Shown: piece after piece, positions 1 to 10,116 of the stretch
Position numbering within the stretch: position 1 is the first letter of the stretch
Layout of the letters: every line of letters begins with the position of its first letter
Assembly: GCA_022766515.1 (NCBI GenBank)
Contig: JALEPA010000278.1
Span: 1 to 44,573, forward strand
Source of the DNA: Lachnospiraceae bacterium
Lineage (GTDB): Bacteria; Bacillota; Clostridia; Lachnospirales; Lachnospiraceae
Direction: 5' to 3'
Length of the DNA: 44,573 nt
Program-made: the position numbers and the translations under genes
The notes under the pieces: generated by a model
The model's database searches: none
Told to the model about the DNA's origin: nothing
Seen by the model: the letters and a program-made list of their open reading frames with translations, nothing else

Positions 1-1
1 C

Positions 2-418
2 ATGACATTGTGGGATGCAATGATCGCTATGTATGAGCGTTATGGCTACTATAAAGATGGTGTTAAGGCAATCACTATGAAGGGTATCGAGGGTCTTGAG
101 AAGATTCAGGAGATCATGAACACCCTGCGCACTAACCCACCAAAAGAGTTCTGCGGTCACAAGGTACTTTCTTTCCGTGATTATGATGCAGATACGATCA
201 CAGATCTGGAGAGCGGTGCAGTTACTCCAACAGGATTGCCAAAATCCAATGTATTGTATTTTGATATGTCGGACAAGGTATGGATGTGCGTGCGTCCTTC
301 CGGTACAGAGCCAAAGATCAAGTTCTACTATGGTGTGGTAGGAGAGTCATTGGAAGATGCAGATCGCCAGTCAGAAGAGATGGCAAAAGCAGTAGACGCA
401 TTGGTCAACTCCCTGTAA
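2..418 (+). CDS. Phosphoglucomutase/phosphomannomutase, C-terminal part (5' truncated by window)
   Basis: Domain IV motif VRPSGTEPKIKFY and LPKSNVL. Confidence 0.9.
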   Translation: MTLWDAMIAMYERYGYYKDGVKAITMKGIEGLEKIQEIMNTLRTNPPKEFCGHKVLSFRDYDADTITDLESGAVTPTGLPKSNVLYFDMSDKVWMCVRPSGTEPKIKFYYGVVGESLEDADRQSEEMAKAVDALVNSL

Positions 419-440
419 AAAATAATAGTAAGGATTATAT

Positions 441-478
441 AAGCTCTATTCGCCGATGCCGGCGGGTAGGGCTTTTTT
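441..478 (+). terminator. Rho-independent terminator
   Basis: AAGCTCTATTCGCCG-atgc-CGGCGGGTAGGGCTT followed by a T run, 22 bp after the stop codon. Confidence 0.85.
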
Positions 479-492
479 GCATTATAGCTTGC

Positions 493-516
493 AGAGCAAA
501 ACGCTGGCTTTGCTCT
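493..516. repeat. Dispersed 24-bp palindrome, copy 1
   Basis: AGAGCAAAAC-GCTG-GCTTTGCTCT; related copies at 8768, 15021 and 24445. Confidence 0.8.
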
Positions 517-579
517 TTTGCTCCTATATAGTAAATTGCTCGAAAAATGGTGTTATGCCACCAAGAATTGCTATTTTGT

Positions 580-608
580 TCATAATTTGCACTTGCTCTG
601 CATATATA
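580..608 (+). promoter_or_regulatory. Putative sigma-E (mother cell) promoter
   Basis: TCATAAT-N14-CATATATA upstream of the M14 peptidase; resembles the Bacillus sigE consensus. Confidence 0.5.
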
Positions 609-645
609 TACAAGATTAGTAAAGAGATTGACAGGGGGAAGTGCT

Positions 646-1677
646 GTGGCAATTGTTGAGATGCGTAATCGGCGTTATAGTTATGCAGATATGGAACGAG
701 ATTTACATAAGTTGGAGGAGGCTTACCCGGAGACTGCGCGAGTAAACTCCATAGGAGAGACAGTGGATCACAGGCAAATATATTGTCTGCGGATCAGCAG
801 GCGAAAAGAGGACAGGGAATGTAAACCGATCCTGCTCCAAGCATCAATGCATGGGCGGGAATGGAAAAATACACAATTATTGATGAAAATGGCGGAACGG
901 TTTTTGCAGCAGTATCAGGCAGACCGCCTTTGGGAAGGGATTCCCTACCGCCATTTGTTACGCCACTATGAAGTGCATTTGCTGCCGATGGTCAATCCGG
1001 ATGGCGTACAGATCAGCCAATTTGGGCTGGGCGGTATCAATGATCCTGTGTTGCGTGAGACGATTTGGGAAGAGATCCGTCACAGTTACAAAGAGATGGC
1101 GCACAAACATCGGATCACGAAACGCTGGAAAGGAAATGCCAGAGGAGTGGATCTTAATCGCAATTTCCCGGAGGGATACTGCGCGAGAAAGGGCGCTGGC
1201 GAGGGCACAGATGACGAGAAATGCGTTCCAAAGGGGAAAATTGCCTTGCCCGGTGAAGCCGGATATTCAGGAAATCGACCTTTTTCAGAAGCGGAGACAG
1301 TTGCATTGTGGCGTTATCTGATGAATATCAAACCAATCCTGACACTGAATTATCATTCGACAGGAGAAGAGATTTTTTATCAAAAATTTTTCTGGGGGCT
1401 GGAGGACATCAGCCGTCAGAGCAGTTATCCACTTGTAAAGGAAATGGGAAAAGCGAATGGATCATTGGGAGATATGCTGTCGCAGGCAAAATGTTATTGG
1501 GCAACTTTGGAGACAGGGATCGGAAGGGCACCGATATGGCATGCGCAGCTGTATGTGCAGTGGCTTCGCCATAGAAATCTATTGCCGTTGATCTTGGCGG
1601 TTGCACCGCGAAAGTATCCGGCAGATTGTGGGTTACAAAACGAAAAAACAGTGGTTTTACCTGGCGAGAAAGACTAA
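646..1677 (+). CDS. M14 family zinc carboxypeptidase (gamma-D-Glu-mDAP peptidase-like)
   Basis: HGRE zinc motif, MVNPDG, NARGVDLNRNF, NYHS and a candidate catalytic E in TLETG; GTG start at 646 after a GGGGGA RBS. Confidence 0.85.
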   Translation: MAIVEMRNRRYSYADMERDLHKLEEAYPETARVNSIGETVDHRQIYCLRISRRKEDRECKPILLQASMHGREWKNTQLLMKMAERFLQQYQADRLWEGIPYRHLLRHYEVHLLPMVNPDGVQISQFGLGGINDPVLRETIWEEIRHSYKEMAHKHRITKRWKGNARGVDLNRNFPEGYCARKGAGEGTDDEKCVPKGKIALPGEAGYSGNRPFSEAETVALWRYLMNIKPILTLNYHSTGEEIFYQKFFWGLEDISRQSSYPLVKEMGKANGSLGDMLSQAKCYWATLETGIGRAPIWHAQLYVQWLRHRNLLPLILAVAPRKYPADCGLQNEKTVVLPGEKD

Positions 1678-1812
1678 TGCAATTTGCGGTAATCTGTCCC
1701 ACAAAAAAGTGGCGTTCCCCGTTAAAATATGGTAAAATATAAGCACTGAACTTGTAGATTTATGACCGATGGTCATTTCTAACAAAAATAATAGATATTG
1801 GGGGATTTTTTT

Positions 1813-4038
1813 ATGCAGGAGAAGTTGGATCAGTGGATTAACTGGACAGAATATGATGAACTTCTGGAAGGATGCCATAATGCACCGCACAACCTGTTGG
1901 GTTTGCATGAATTTGGCAAGGGACAGGTGTTTACCGTGTATCGTCCGGAGGCACAAAAGATTACGGTAACGGATAACAAAGGTAATCATCCGATCGAGTT
2001 GGAACAGGTCGGAGATGGCAGTGGATTTTTTGGAAAATATGTTCCTTCACAGAAATACAAGAAAAATTATCTGCTGCACATTCAGTATGGGGAGAATGAT
2101 GTAGTAGTCACAGCAGATCCGTATGCGTTTGATTCGCAGTTGACGGATTATGATCTGTATTTGTTCGCAGAGGGCAATCATTATAACATTTATGAGAAAC
2201 TCGGTGCACATCCGATGAAGATCAATGGTGTGGAGGGTGTTCATTTTGCAGTATGGGCACCACATGCCAGAGCGGTAAGTGTTGTAGGTGATTTCAATAT
2301 GTGGGACGGCAGACTGCATTTGATGAGAACCCTGGCAGTGTCCGGCATTTATGAGATTTTTATTCCAAATGTCAAGCCGGGTGCTGTGTACAAATATCAG
2401 ATCCTCACACGAAATGGTGACATTTTGATGAAGGCAGATCCTTACGCAAACTGTGCGCAGATGCGTCCTGACACTGCCTCTGTGGTAGCAGATCTGCGTG
2501 GTTATGCATGGAAAGATAAGAAATGGATGGCGGAGCGTCAGAAGGAAAGTCGCAAGGATCTGTGCAAAAGACCGATGGCAATTTATGAAATGCATTTGGG
2601 ATCTTGGAAAAAGCGCGTGGAAGATGATGACAATGGTTTCTTCTCGTATCGTGAATTGGCGCCGATGGTGGCTGATTATGTCAAAGAGATGGGTTATACG
2701 CATGTGGAACTGATGGGAATTGCCGAGCATCCGTTTGACGGATCATGGGGCTACCAGGTGACCAGTTATTATGCGCCAACGCGCCGATATGGCGATCCAC
2801 AGGATTTCATGTATTTTGTTGATTATATGCATGAGCAGGGCATTGGTGTGATCCTTGACTGGGTACCGGCGCATTTTCCAAAAGATGCGCATGGACTGGG
2901 CTTGTTTGATGGACAACCTCTGTATGAGCATCCGGATCCACGAAGAGGAGAGCATCCGCACTGGGGTACTTATATTTTTAATTACAACAAGCGTGAAGTC
3001 AGCAATTTTCTTTTGGCGAACGGTTTGTTCTGGATGAAGAAATTCCATGTGGATGGACTTCGAGTTGATGCTGTGGCATCCATGTTGTATCTGGACTATG
3101 GTAAAGATGATGGCGAGTGGCTGCCAAATGAAGACGGCGGTAATGAAAATTACGATGCGATCAATCTTTTCCGCCATATGAACAGCGAATTTGAAAAACA
3201 GGTACCGGGCTGCATGATTATTGCCGAGGAGTCTACGGCATGGCCAAAAGTGACCACACCGGCGGCACAGAATGGTCTGGGATTCACTTTCAAATGGAAC
3301 ATGGGATGGATGAACGATTTCCTGGAGTATATGCGCATGGATCCGTTGTTCCGTTCCGGTAATCATGGTCGTTTGACATTTAGTATGGATTATGCCTACA
3401 GCGAGAACTTTGTACAGGTACTGTCGCATGACGAAGTTGTACATGGGAAAGGCTCGATGATCAACAAGATGCCGGGAGAGGTCGATGATAAATTTGCCAA
3501 TCTGAGAGCGGCATATGGATTTATGTATGGACATCCGGGTAAGAAGCTGTTGTTTATGGGACAGGAATTTGCGCAGTATCGTGAGTGGAGTGAGAAACGC
3601 AGCCTTGACTGGTATTTGCTTGGCGAGGAGCGTAATGCGCAGATGCAGAGTTATGTCAAAGAACTGAATAAATTGTATCGTGAGAATGAAGCATTGTATG
3701 TCAATGATTACGATATGATGGGCTTTGAGTGGATGAGCTGTATGAATGCGGATCAGAGTACGGTTTCCTTTGTACGCCGAGGTTTGACCACTAAGAATCA
3801 GTTCCTGTTTGTGTGCAACTTTACGCCTGTGACGAGAGAAGCATTCCGGGTAGGTGTGCCATGCGCAGGAAAATATTCGCTGGTGCTTTCTTCTGATGAA
3901 GAGCGGTTTGGCGGTACCGGTGTAAAGAACAAAGATATTGTGACAGCGGACAAGATAACCTTTGATGGAAGAGACTATTCCATCGAGATGACATTGCCTC
4001 CATTATCTGTAACAGTGTACCGATTTGATTATAAATAA
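1813..4038 (+). CDS. glgB: 1,4-alpha-glucan branching enzyme
   Basis: FAVWAPHA, WGYQ, DWVPAHFP, GLRVDAVASM, IAEEST, LSHDEVVHGK. Confidence 0.97.
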   Translation: MQEKLDQWINWTEYDELLEGCHNAPHNLLGLHEFGKGQVFTVYRPEAQKITVTDNKGNHPIELEQVGDGSGFFGKYVPSQKYKKNYLLHIQYGENDVVVTADPYAFDSQLTDYDLYLFAEGNHYNIYEKLGAHPMKINGVEGVHFAVWAPHARAVSVVGDFNMWDGRLHLMRTLAVSGIYEIFIPNVKPGAVYKYQILTRNGDILMKADPYANCAQMRPDTASVVADLRGYAWKDKKWMAERQKESRKDLCKRPMAIYEMHLGSWKKRVEDDDNGFFSYRELAPMVADYVKEMGYTHVELMGIAEHPFDGSWGYQVTSYYAPTRRYGDPQDFMYFVDYMHEQGIGVILDWVPAHFPKDAHGLGLFDGQPLYEHPDPRRGEHPHWGTYIFNYNKREVSNFLLANGLFWMKKFHVDGLRVDAVASMLYLDYGKDDGEWLPNEDGGNENYDAINLFRHMNSEFEKQVPGCMIIAEESTAWPKVTTPAAQNGLGFTFKWNMGWMNDFLEYMRMDPLFRSGNHGRLTFSMDYAYSENFVQVLSHDEVVHGKGSMINKMPGEVDDKFANLRAAYGFMYGHPGKKLLFMGQEFAQYREWSEKRSLDWYLLGEERNAQMQSYVKELNKLYRENEALYVNDYDMMGFEWMSCMNADQSTVSFVRRGLTTKNQFLFVCNFTPVTREAFRVGVPCAGKYSLVLSSDEERFGGTGVKNKDIVTADKITFDGRDYSIEMTLPPLSVTVYRFDYK

Positions 4039-4116
4039 AAAATATGATATGATTATCCAAATGCGTTCAGAGGGACAAGGGTGTGAACAACAAACGAATG
4101 GAGGATATCAAGTATC

Positions 4117-4677
4117 ATGGATAGTACATTGACATTGATGCCTGTATATGGTGTAGATGTATGGGTAGTGGTAATGCTTGTCGTTATTGTATTGCTGGTA
4201 GCGGCATTGGTAGCACTTAGTATTTATGGCAAAAAGCTGCAGGAGAGACAGGAGTCTTCCCAGAAGGAACTGGAAGCTGCATCGCAGAATGTCAAATTGC
4301 TTGTTATTGACAAGAAACGGATGAAATTTAAGGATTCCGGACTTCCGGCAATGGTGTTGGAACAGGTTCCTAAGTATATGCGTGGTCGTAAAGTGCCTAT
4401 CGTGAAGGCAAAGATCGGACCTAGGATCATGTCTTTGATCTGTGAAGAGAAGATCTTCGATCAGATTCCTGTGAAAAAGGAGATCCGCGCAACGATCAGT
4501 GGAATTTACATCATGGATGTCAAAGGACTTCGCACAAGTTTGGAGGCAGCACCAAAGAGAAAGAAGAAATTTGGTGAGAAGATGCGTGAGTGCGCAGAGA
4601 AGCAGTCCAAGAAGCTGAACCAGAAGCGAATCGAACTGGAGCAGGAGACTAAGTCCGGCAAGAAGAAAAATAAATAA
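4117..4677 (+). CDS. Hypothetical membrane-anchored protein
   Basis: Single N-terminal hydrophobic helix, basic C-terminus, GGAGG upstream. Confidence 0.75.
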   Translation: MDSTLTLMPVYGVDVWVVVMLVVIVLLVAALVALSIYGKKLQERQESSQKELEAASQNVKLLVIDKKRMKFKDSGLPAMVLEQVPKYMRGRKVPIVKAKIGPRIMSLICEEKIFDQIPVKKEIRATISGIYIMDVKGLRTSLEAAPKRKKKFGEKMRECAEKQSKKLNQKRIELEQETKSGKKKNK

Positions 4678-4686
4678 TACGCCTAT

Positions 4687-4768
4687 AAATACCCCCCTGG
4701 GAATTGTGTCGATCTTCAAAAGGCTTCACCTTTTGGAGTCGATGCAAGATCTCAGGGGGTTTGTTTTT
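4687..4768 (+). terminator. Long imperfect hairpin between convergent genes
   Basis: Three stacked stems (CCCCCTGGGA/TCTCAGGGGG, TTGTGTCGA/TCGATGCAA, CTTCAAAAGG/CCTTTTGGAG) followed by TTTGTTTTT. Confidence 0.7.
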
Positions 4769-4789
4769 GTTCTATAGGGTGATTTACTA

Positions 4790-5218
4790 CTAGCGGATGG
4801 TGATCTCCAGTTTGTTTTTGGAGATCGGAGTTCCGTTTAACTCTAAAAAATATTCAATAAACAGCGCAATTTCCTCATCGGTCTGTACCACATTTAGTAC
4901 AGCGGTTTCAATCGTCATATCAAAAATGCCATAAGGCGTTTGGTAAAAACCATGATAAGGTTTACCAACACAAAATTCCATTTCTGACTGTACCGGTCCC
5001 TTCTTGGACAGGACTACAAGGTGCGGCTGTATCTTTAATAAATTGTGACTGCTGATGGTCGGTTCGTTCTCATTTTCGAGCAGAAGTTCATCGTAGGAAA
5101 CGACATCGGTGCTGCCGATATGGCGATATTTACCCGGTTGGATCGTTTCGATGGAATCCTCTTCCTGTCCATCAGATTGCATACCACGAATGGTCACAAG
5201 CACTTCATTTTTTATCAT
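4790..5218 (-). CDS. DUF1934 family beta-barrel protein
   Basis: Size and the pattern KKGPVQSEMEF...YQTPYGIFDM. Confidence 0.8.
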   Translation of the reverse strand: MIKNEVLVTIRGMQSDGQEEDSIETIQPGKYRHIGSTDVVSYDELLLENENEPTISSHNLLKIQPHLVVLSKKGPVQSEMEFCVGKPYHGFYQTPYGIFDMTIETAVLNVVQTDEEIALFIEYFLELNGTPISKNKLEITIR

Positions 5219-5259
5219 ATGAATTCTAAATTCCTTTCTACTAGCCTAATAACCTCATC

Positions 5260-5288
5260 AATATACCATGTCTTTGTCTGATGTGCAA
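5260..5288 (-). promoter_or_regulatory. sigma-A promoter of the DUF1934 gene
   Basis: TTGCAC-N17-TATATT with TG at the extended -10 position. Confidence 0.55.
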
Positions 5289-5331
5289 ATGGGAGCGGTG
5301 TGCTTGCACTTTGTTACAGGTGGATTTGCAC

Positions 5332-6147
5332 CTATCGTTGTTTCCACCAGTCATAAATGGCACTGTGAAAGGATACCTTTGAAGTAGGGGTTGGTGCTGT
5401 GGGGGAAGAAGTGGGCGTGAGGAGACTGTCATAAGCGGTATTTCCCAGATCTTTCTGCAGCTTTTTTTTGGAGTCATCAGGGACAACGGCTGTTGTGTCG
5501 TTGACAAAGCAAAGGCTTGGAAACAGGACGCACCACCAATTACGCCCTTTTGCCTGACCAATCTCTACACACAATGCACGATACTCTCCCGGAGGAAAAG
5601 TCAGGTCACCATATTGCTTGGCAGGGAAATAGCGTGTTTCTAATGTGACTTTGACCGGATAGTCATATCCATCAGATGCGATCGTTTGTTCTGCTTCCTG
5701 TAGGATCGCAGGAAATTGTGCGCGAACCTGTGCTTCAGCATCGGCTAGATCAGAAGTGTGATCTACGGCATTTTGCACAAGTTTCAAAATGGAATCCCGT
5801 ACACGGAGTTTGAGCAGCTGATCGGTTGTAGAATCACTGTTGGCTATTACATGAAGCCGAAGGATTTTTTTGGCAATCTGCTCTTGTGATGAGCAAGTCG
5901 ATGTCGCATCCACATATGTAGGACATTGTGTGGATTGTGGCATGGCGTGGTGAATTGGATCCGCTTGTTTGACAGCGCCATCTGATGCATGAAACAACCC
6001 CAAACTGAGAAATACTATTAGATAGAAAAAGCTAAAACTACAGATAAAAATCAGTGCATTTCCTGCCCGTTTTTTTCTTCGGGAAAAGAAATGGGCTGCG
6101 GTTGGTTTATGTTGTCGCAGTTGCAATAAATATTGAAATAAACGCAT
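5332..6147 (-). CDS. spoIIR: Stage II sporulation protein R
   Basis: ILRLHVIANSDS...QLLKLRVRD, FPAKQYGDLTFPPGEY, GRNWWCVLFPSLC; GGAGG RBS. Confidence 0.95.
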   Translation of the reverse strand: MRLFQYLLQLRQHKPTAAHFFSRRKKRAGNALIFICSFSFFYLIVFLSLGLFHASDGAVKQADPIHHAMPQSTQCPTYVDATSTCSSQEQIAKKILRLHVIANSDSTTDQLLKLRVRDSILKLVQNAVDHTSDLADAEAQVRAQFPAILQEAEQTIASDGYDYPVKVTLETRYFPAKQYGDLTFPPGEYRALCVEIGQAKGRNWWCVLFPSLCFVNDTTAVVPDDSKKKLQKDLGNTAYDSLLTPTSSPTAPTPTSKVSFHSAIYDWWKQR

Positions 6148-6257
6148 AATGATCCTCCGTTTTCAACAAATAATTTGTCTCAAATCTACTGTTTTGCATA
6201 GCGGATTGACAGTTGCTGTGCACGAAATACCGGGGTAGAAATGAGAGGTTCTATGTA

Positions 6258-6286
6258 CAATGTTACCGATAAAAATTGATTTATAC
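6258..6286 (-). promoter_or_regulatory. Putative sigma-F promoter of spoIIR
   Basis: Minus strand GTATA-N14-GGTAACATTG; -10 fits GGnnAnAHTR, spacer is 1 nt shorter than the Bacillus consensus; spoIIR is sigF-dependent in studied spore formers. Confidence 0.5.
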
Positions 6287-6446
6287 ATGGGCATAGAAGA
6301 TTATGAATTTTTCTGAAGATTTCATGAACATTTGACAGAAAGGTGCAATTTATCTGGAAATGTGCTATCATTATGCCGATAAATAATGCAACTGGTAAAG
6401 GGAAAACGCATGGACAACGATTGCGTCTGTGCAGAAATGAGGAGCT

Positions 6447-8762
6447 ATGAGTGGATTTAAGGTGGCTGGGGAGAAGACCCCACACAGAAAAAAAGTAAAA
6501 AAACATCCCAAACTTCGTTTGGCAATGAAAATAATTTTTCTGCTGATCTTGTTGGCGATCATGGTTACGATGATCGTATTTTATGTGAAGTTTGGTGATG
6601 ACCTGCTGCGGTGGCGTAATGAAGCCAAAGCGGATGTGGCAGCGTCTACGGAAGATACTTTTCGATCTTCTGAGACCAGCTTTATCTATTCCGCAGATAA
6701 AAAGGTCATTGCAAAATTAACAGGAGATAAGGATAGCAACTATCTGACCTTTGATCAGATCCCACAATCGGTCAAGGACTGTTTTGTGGTGACAGAGGAC
6801 CGCGATTTTTATGAGCATGACGGCGTAAACCTCCTGTCGACTATGAAAGCAGCTGTATTGCTGGTGAAGAGCCGACTTAGCCATACGAAAATATCGCGAG
6901 GTGGTAGTACGATCACACAGCAGCTTGCCCGTAAGATTTATCTGACGGATGACAAGACCTATGAGCGTAAAGTCCGAGAGATCTTTTACGCGATGGAATT
7001 GGAGAAAAAATATACCAAGGATCAGATCTTGGAGTTTTACATTAATAATGTTTGCTTTGCCAATGCCAAGTACGGTATTGAATCTGCGAGCCGGGCTTAT
7101 TTTAGCAAGCCAACCTCCGAACTGTCTTTGGCAGAGGTGGCATTTTTATGTGCGATCCCAAACCGTCCGGAGACTTACAATCCGCTGACGGGCTATGATA
7201 ATACGATCAAACGAAAAGACCGTATTTTGGAACAGCTTTTGGCACAAAACAAGATCACACAGGCAGAATACAGCGATGCCATTTATACAGAGATTGTGCT
7301 GAATCCGGCAGAGGCGGTGAAGAGCCAGGATTACATGGCAACTTACGCGATCAGTTGTGCGACGAAAGCATTGATGGAGCAGCAGGGATTTGAGTTCCGC
7401 TATGAATTTACAACTAAGGCGGATCAGGATGAGTATGATAAAGAATATGAGGAAGTTTACAATGAATGTCGTACCGATCTGAATACAGGCGGTTATCACA
7501 TTTATACTTCGCTTAGCCGATCCAGACAAAGCAAGCTGCAGAAAGCGGTCAATCAGACGCTGTCCGGTTTTAAGGAAAAGACAAAAGATGGTGTGTATAA
7601 ACTGCAGGGTGCGGCAACTTGTATTGATAACGAGACAGGATTTGTTGTGGCGATTATCGGTGGACGAAAGCAGAAGTCGACTACCGGATACAGCCTTAAC
7701 AGAGCCTTCCAGAGTTATCGTCAGCCGGGAAGCTGCTTTAAGCCGCTTGTTGTGTATACACCGGCATTGGAACGCAACTACACGCCTAACTCTATAGTGG
7801 ACGATTCGCAGTTTAAGGGCGGACCAAAGAACTCGGATGGCACTTACCTTGGAAAGATCACACTCCGCAGAGCGGTAGAAAAGTCCAAAAATGTGGTGGC
7901 CTGGCGTTTGTTTGAGGAACTTACTCCACAAGTCGGATTGAGTTATGTGCTGAAAATGCATTTTAATAATATTGTTGATGATGATTACTATCCGGCAGCT
8001 TCTCTTGGTGGATTGACCAACGGTGTTACGACGGTGGAGATGGCATCTGCGTATGCAACGATCGCCAACGATGGTATTTACCGTGAGCCAACCTGCATTA
8101 AGAAGATCACTGATTCGGAAGGAAATGTCATCCTGAAGAACAACGGCAGCAAGCGCAAAGAGACGCAGGTATATGAAAAGGATGCTTCACGAGAGATGAC
8201 AGACATTCTTACAGGTGTTTTGCAGACAGGTACAGCGCATGGCCACGCTTTGCAGAATGATATGGCGTGTGCCGGTAAAACGGGAACAACCAGCGATAAA
8301 AAGGATGGTTGGTTCTGCGGATACACACCATATTACACAACGGCAGTATGGGTGGGTTATGACTCGCCAAAGACTTTGTCGGATCTGTATGGAAGCACCT
8401 ATCCGTTGACAATTTGGGAGACTTATATGAACCAAATCCACGAAGGGCTGGAAAAGAAGGATTTCCCAGAGTATGGAAACTCTAGCAAGAAGTCCAAATT
8501 ATCGGACAGCGATACGGTGACGCAGCCGAAGGAGACACTTGATCCGGATGCGGCAGAACCGGTAGAGACAGAGGAACCAGCAGAAAAGGCAACGCCTAAA
8601 CCGAAAGTGACGCAAGCTCCGACAGAGGAACCAACAGTGACCGATCCACCGATTACGACGGATACCGATCAGGATACCAGTACACCGGATGATATCCCGG
8701 ATGATGGCGGTACCGATACTCCGGATGATGTTGGAGGAGACACAACACCAGATACGGAATAA
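6447..8762 (+). CDS. Class A penicillin-binding protein (PBP1A family transglycosylase/transpeptidase)
   Basis: N-terminal TM; EDRDFYEHDG and GGSTITQQL (GT51); SCFK, SKN and KTG motifs; acidic P/T/D tail. Confidence 0.95.
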   Translation: MSGFKVAGEKTPHRKKVKKHPKLRLAMKIIFLLILLAIMVTMIVFYVKFGDDLLRWRNEAKADVAASTEDTFRSSETSFIYSADKKVIAKLTGDKDSNYLTFDQIPQSVKDCFVVTEDRDFYEHDGVNLLSTMKAAVLLVKSRLSHTKISRGGSTITQQLARKIYLTDDKTYERKVREIFYAMELEKKYTKDQILEFYINNVCFANAKYGIESASRAYFSKPTSELSLAEVAFLCAIPNRPETYNPLTGYDNTIKRKDRILEQLLAQNKITQAEYSDAIYTEIVLNPAEAVKSQDYMATYAISCATKALMEQQGFEFRYEFTTKADQDEYDKEYEEVYNECRTDLNTGGYHIYTSLSRSRQSKLQKAVNQTLSGFKEKTKDGVYKLQGAATCIDNETGFVVAIIGGRKQKSTTGYSLNRAFQSYRQPGSCFKPLVVYTPALERNYTPNSIVDDSQFKGGPKNSDGTYLGKITLRRAVEKSKNVVAWRLFEELTPQVGLSYVLKMHFNNIVDDDYYPAASLGGLTNGVTTVEMASAYATIANDGIYREPTCIKKITDSEGNVILKNNGSKRKETQVYEKDASREMTDILTGVLQTGTAHGHALQNDMACAGKTGTTSDKKDGWFCGYTPYYTTAVWVGYDSPKTLSDLYGSTYPLTIWETYMNQIHEGLEKKDFPEYGNSSKKSKLSDSDTVTQPKETLDPDAAEPVETEEPAEKATPKPKVTQAPTEEPTVTDPPITTDTDQDTSTPDDIPDDGGTDTPDDVGGDTTPDTE

Positions 8763-8767
8763 ATTAC

Positions 8768-8799
8768 AATAAGAGCAAAACGCCGGTTTTGCTCTTATT
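8768..8799. repeat. Dispersed palindrome, copy 2 (may act as the PBP terminator)
   Basis: AATAAGAGCAAAAC-GCCG-GTTTTGCTCTTATT, perfect 14-bp stem. Confidence 0.8.
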
Positions 8800-8824
8800 T
8801 TGAAATAGCTACGGAAGAAGGGGA

Positions 8825-9781
8825 ATGAGTCCTATGAAATTTAGTTTGTGCATGATTGTAAAAAACGAAGAGACAAGATTGGATAGATGTTTGAGCACGC
8901 TACAGGTTGCAATGGATGAGATTATTATCGTGGACACCGGATCTGATGATAAAACCAAGCAGATTGCTTCTCGATATACCGACAAAATATATGATTTCCA
9001 GTGGATTGGAGATTTTGCAGCGGCAAGAAATTTTGCGGCGTCCAAAGCGACCGGAGATTATATTTATACGGCGGATGCGGACGAATATCTGGAAGAAGAG
9101 GATCAACAAAAGCTGCTAACTTTGAAACAGGCATTACTGCCAGAAGTTGATATTGTGCAGATGTTGTATTGCACACCGGCAGAACAAAGTACCGTTTACA
9201 ATTACGAACAGGAATATCGTCCAAAGCTTTATAAACGACTGCGGGAATTTGTCTGGATCGATCCTATTCATGAGACACTGCGCCTTGACCCGGTGGTATT
9301 CGACAGCGATATTTGTGTACAGCATAGACCAACGCCGGGGCATGAAAAACGAGATTTGGATGCTTTGGCAAAAGTGAGTGAAAACAGGCAGGCGATGTCA
9401 GCGAAACTTCGCCATATGTATGCTATGGAGTTGTATCGCTGTGGGGAGCCGCAGGATTTTATTAAGGCAGAACCGTATTTCCTTTGGTTGTCTGTACAGG
9501 AAGGGGTGTCTGAAGACGCACTGCGAGAGGCCATCTGTGTCTTGATGCGTGGCTATCGACTAAACGGAGACATTCCACATTTTTTGGCGTACGCCATGAG
9601 AGACGGCGTGACGCAGCCGACAGCGGAGATGTGTTGTGAATTGGGAGTTTACTTTGAGCAACAGAATGATCTGGCAGAGGCAGCGATGTGGTATCAAAAT
9701 GCACTTTCCGAGACGGAAAGCATCTTGGATATCCGCACTTCTGGGGAGATAGCGGAGAAAGGGCTGGAAAGATGCAAATGA
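8825..9781 (+). CDS. Glycosyltransferase family 2 with TPR-like C-terminus
   Basis: SLCMIVKNEE, IVDTGS, DFAAARN, DADE (DxD), IHE. Confidence 0.9.
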   Translation: MSPMKFSLCMIVKNEETRLDRCLSTLQVAMDEIIIVDTGSDDKTKQIASRYTDKIYDFQWIGDFAAARNFAASKATGDYIYTADADEYLEEEDQQKLLTLKQALLPEVDIVQMLYCTPAEQSTVYNYEQEYRPKLYKRLREFVWIDPIHETLRLDPVVFDSDICVQHRPTPGHEKRDLDALAKVSENRQAMSAKLRHMYAMELYRCGEPQDFIKAEPYFLWLSVQEGVSEDALREAICVLMRGYRLNGDIPHFLAYAMRDGVTQPTAEMCCELGVYFEQQNDLAEAAMWYQNALSETESILDIRTSGEIAEKGLERCK

Positions 9782-9786
9782 TAATG

Positions 9787-9815
9787 TTGTAAAGAATTCT
9801 ATTTTGCTATAAAAT
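9787..9815 (+). promoter_or_regulatory. sigma-A promoter of brnT
   Basis: TTGTAA-N17-TAAAAT followed by an AGGAG RBS. Confidence 0.55.
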
Positions 9816-9834
9816 AATAGCAGGAGAATAATAT

Positions 9835-10116
9835 ATGAATTTTGAGTGGGATGATGAAAAGAATAAAATAAATTTTGCAAAACATGGTATTGATTTTGAA
9901 ACTGCTATGTTGGTGTTTAATGATCTTCAAAGAATTGAAATTTATGATATGGAGCATAGTACAGAGGAGGATAGATATAATACAATTGGAATGGTAAATG
10001 ATGTAATATTTGTTGTATATACAGAGCGAAAGGATAACATTCGCCTTATATCAGCAAGAATAGCAACTAAAACAGAAAGGAGTATATATTATGATCAAGA
10101 CAGCTACTTTAACTAG
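9835..10116 (+). CDS. brnT: BrnT family toxin (DUF497)
   Basis: FEWDDEKNKINFAKHGIDF...EDRY..IG...VVYTER...IRLISAR. Confidence 0.92.
   Translation: MNFEWDDEKNKINFAKHGIDFETAMLVFNDLQRIEIYDMEHSTEEDRYNTIGMVNDVIFVVYTERKDNIRLISARIATKTERSIYYDQDSYFN

Noticed and set aside
2047-3534. Long antisense ORFs opposite glgB (similar ones lie opposite the PBP, iorA, sbcC, ABC and GLUG genes, e.g. 42991-43608)
   Set aside because: Shadow frames of well-supported genes with no recognisable motifs.
6357-6382. sigma-28 promoter (GCCGATAA) upstream of the PBP gene
   Set aside because: No TAAA -35 at the proper spacing; an overlapping TGCTATCAT extended -10 explains the region.
8480-8762. Repetitive acidic P/T/D tail of the PBP
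   Set aside because: Disordered C-terminal tails are ordinary for class A PBPs.
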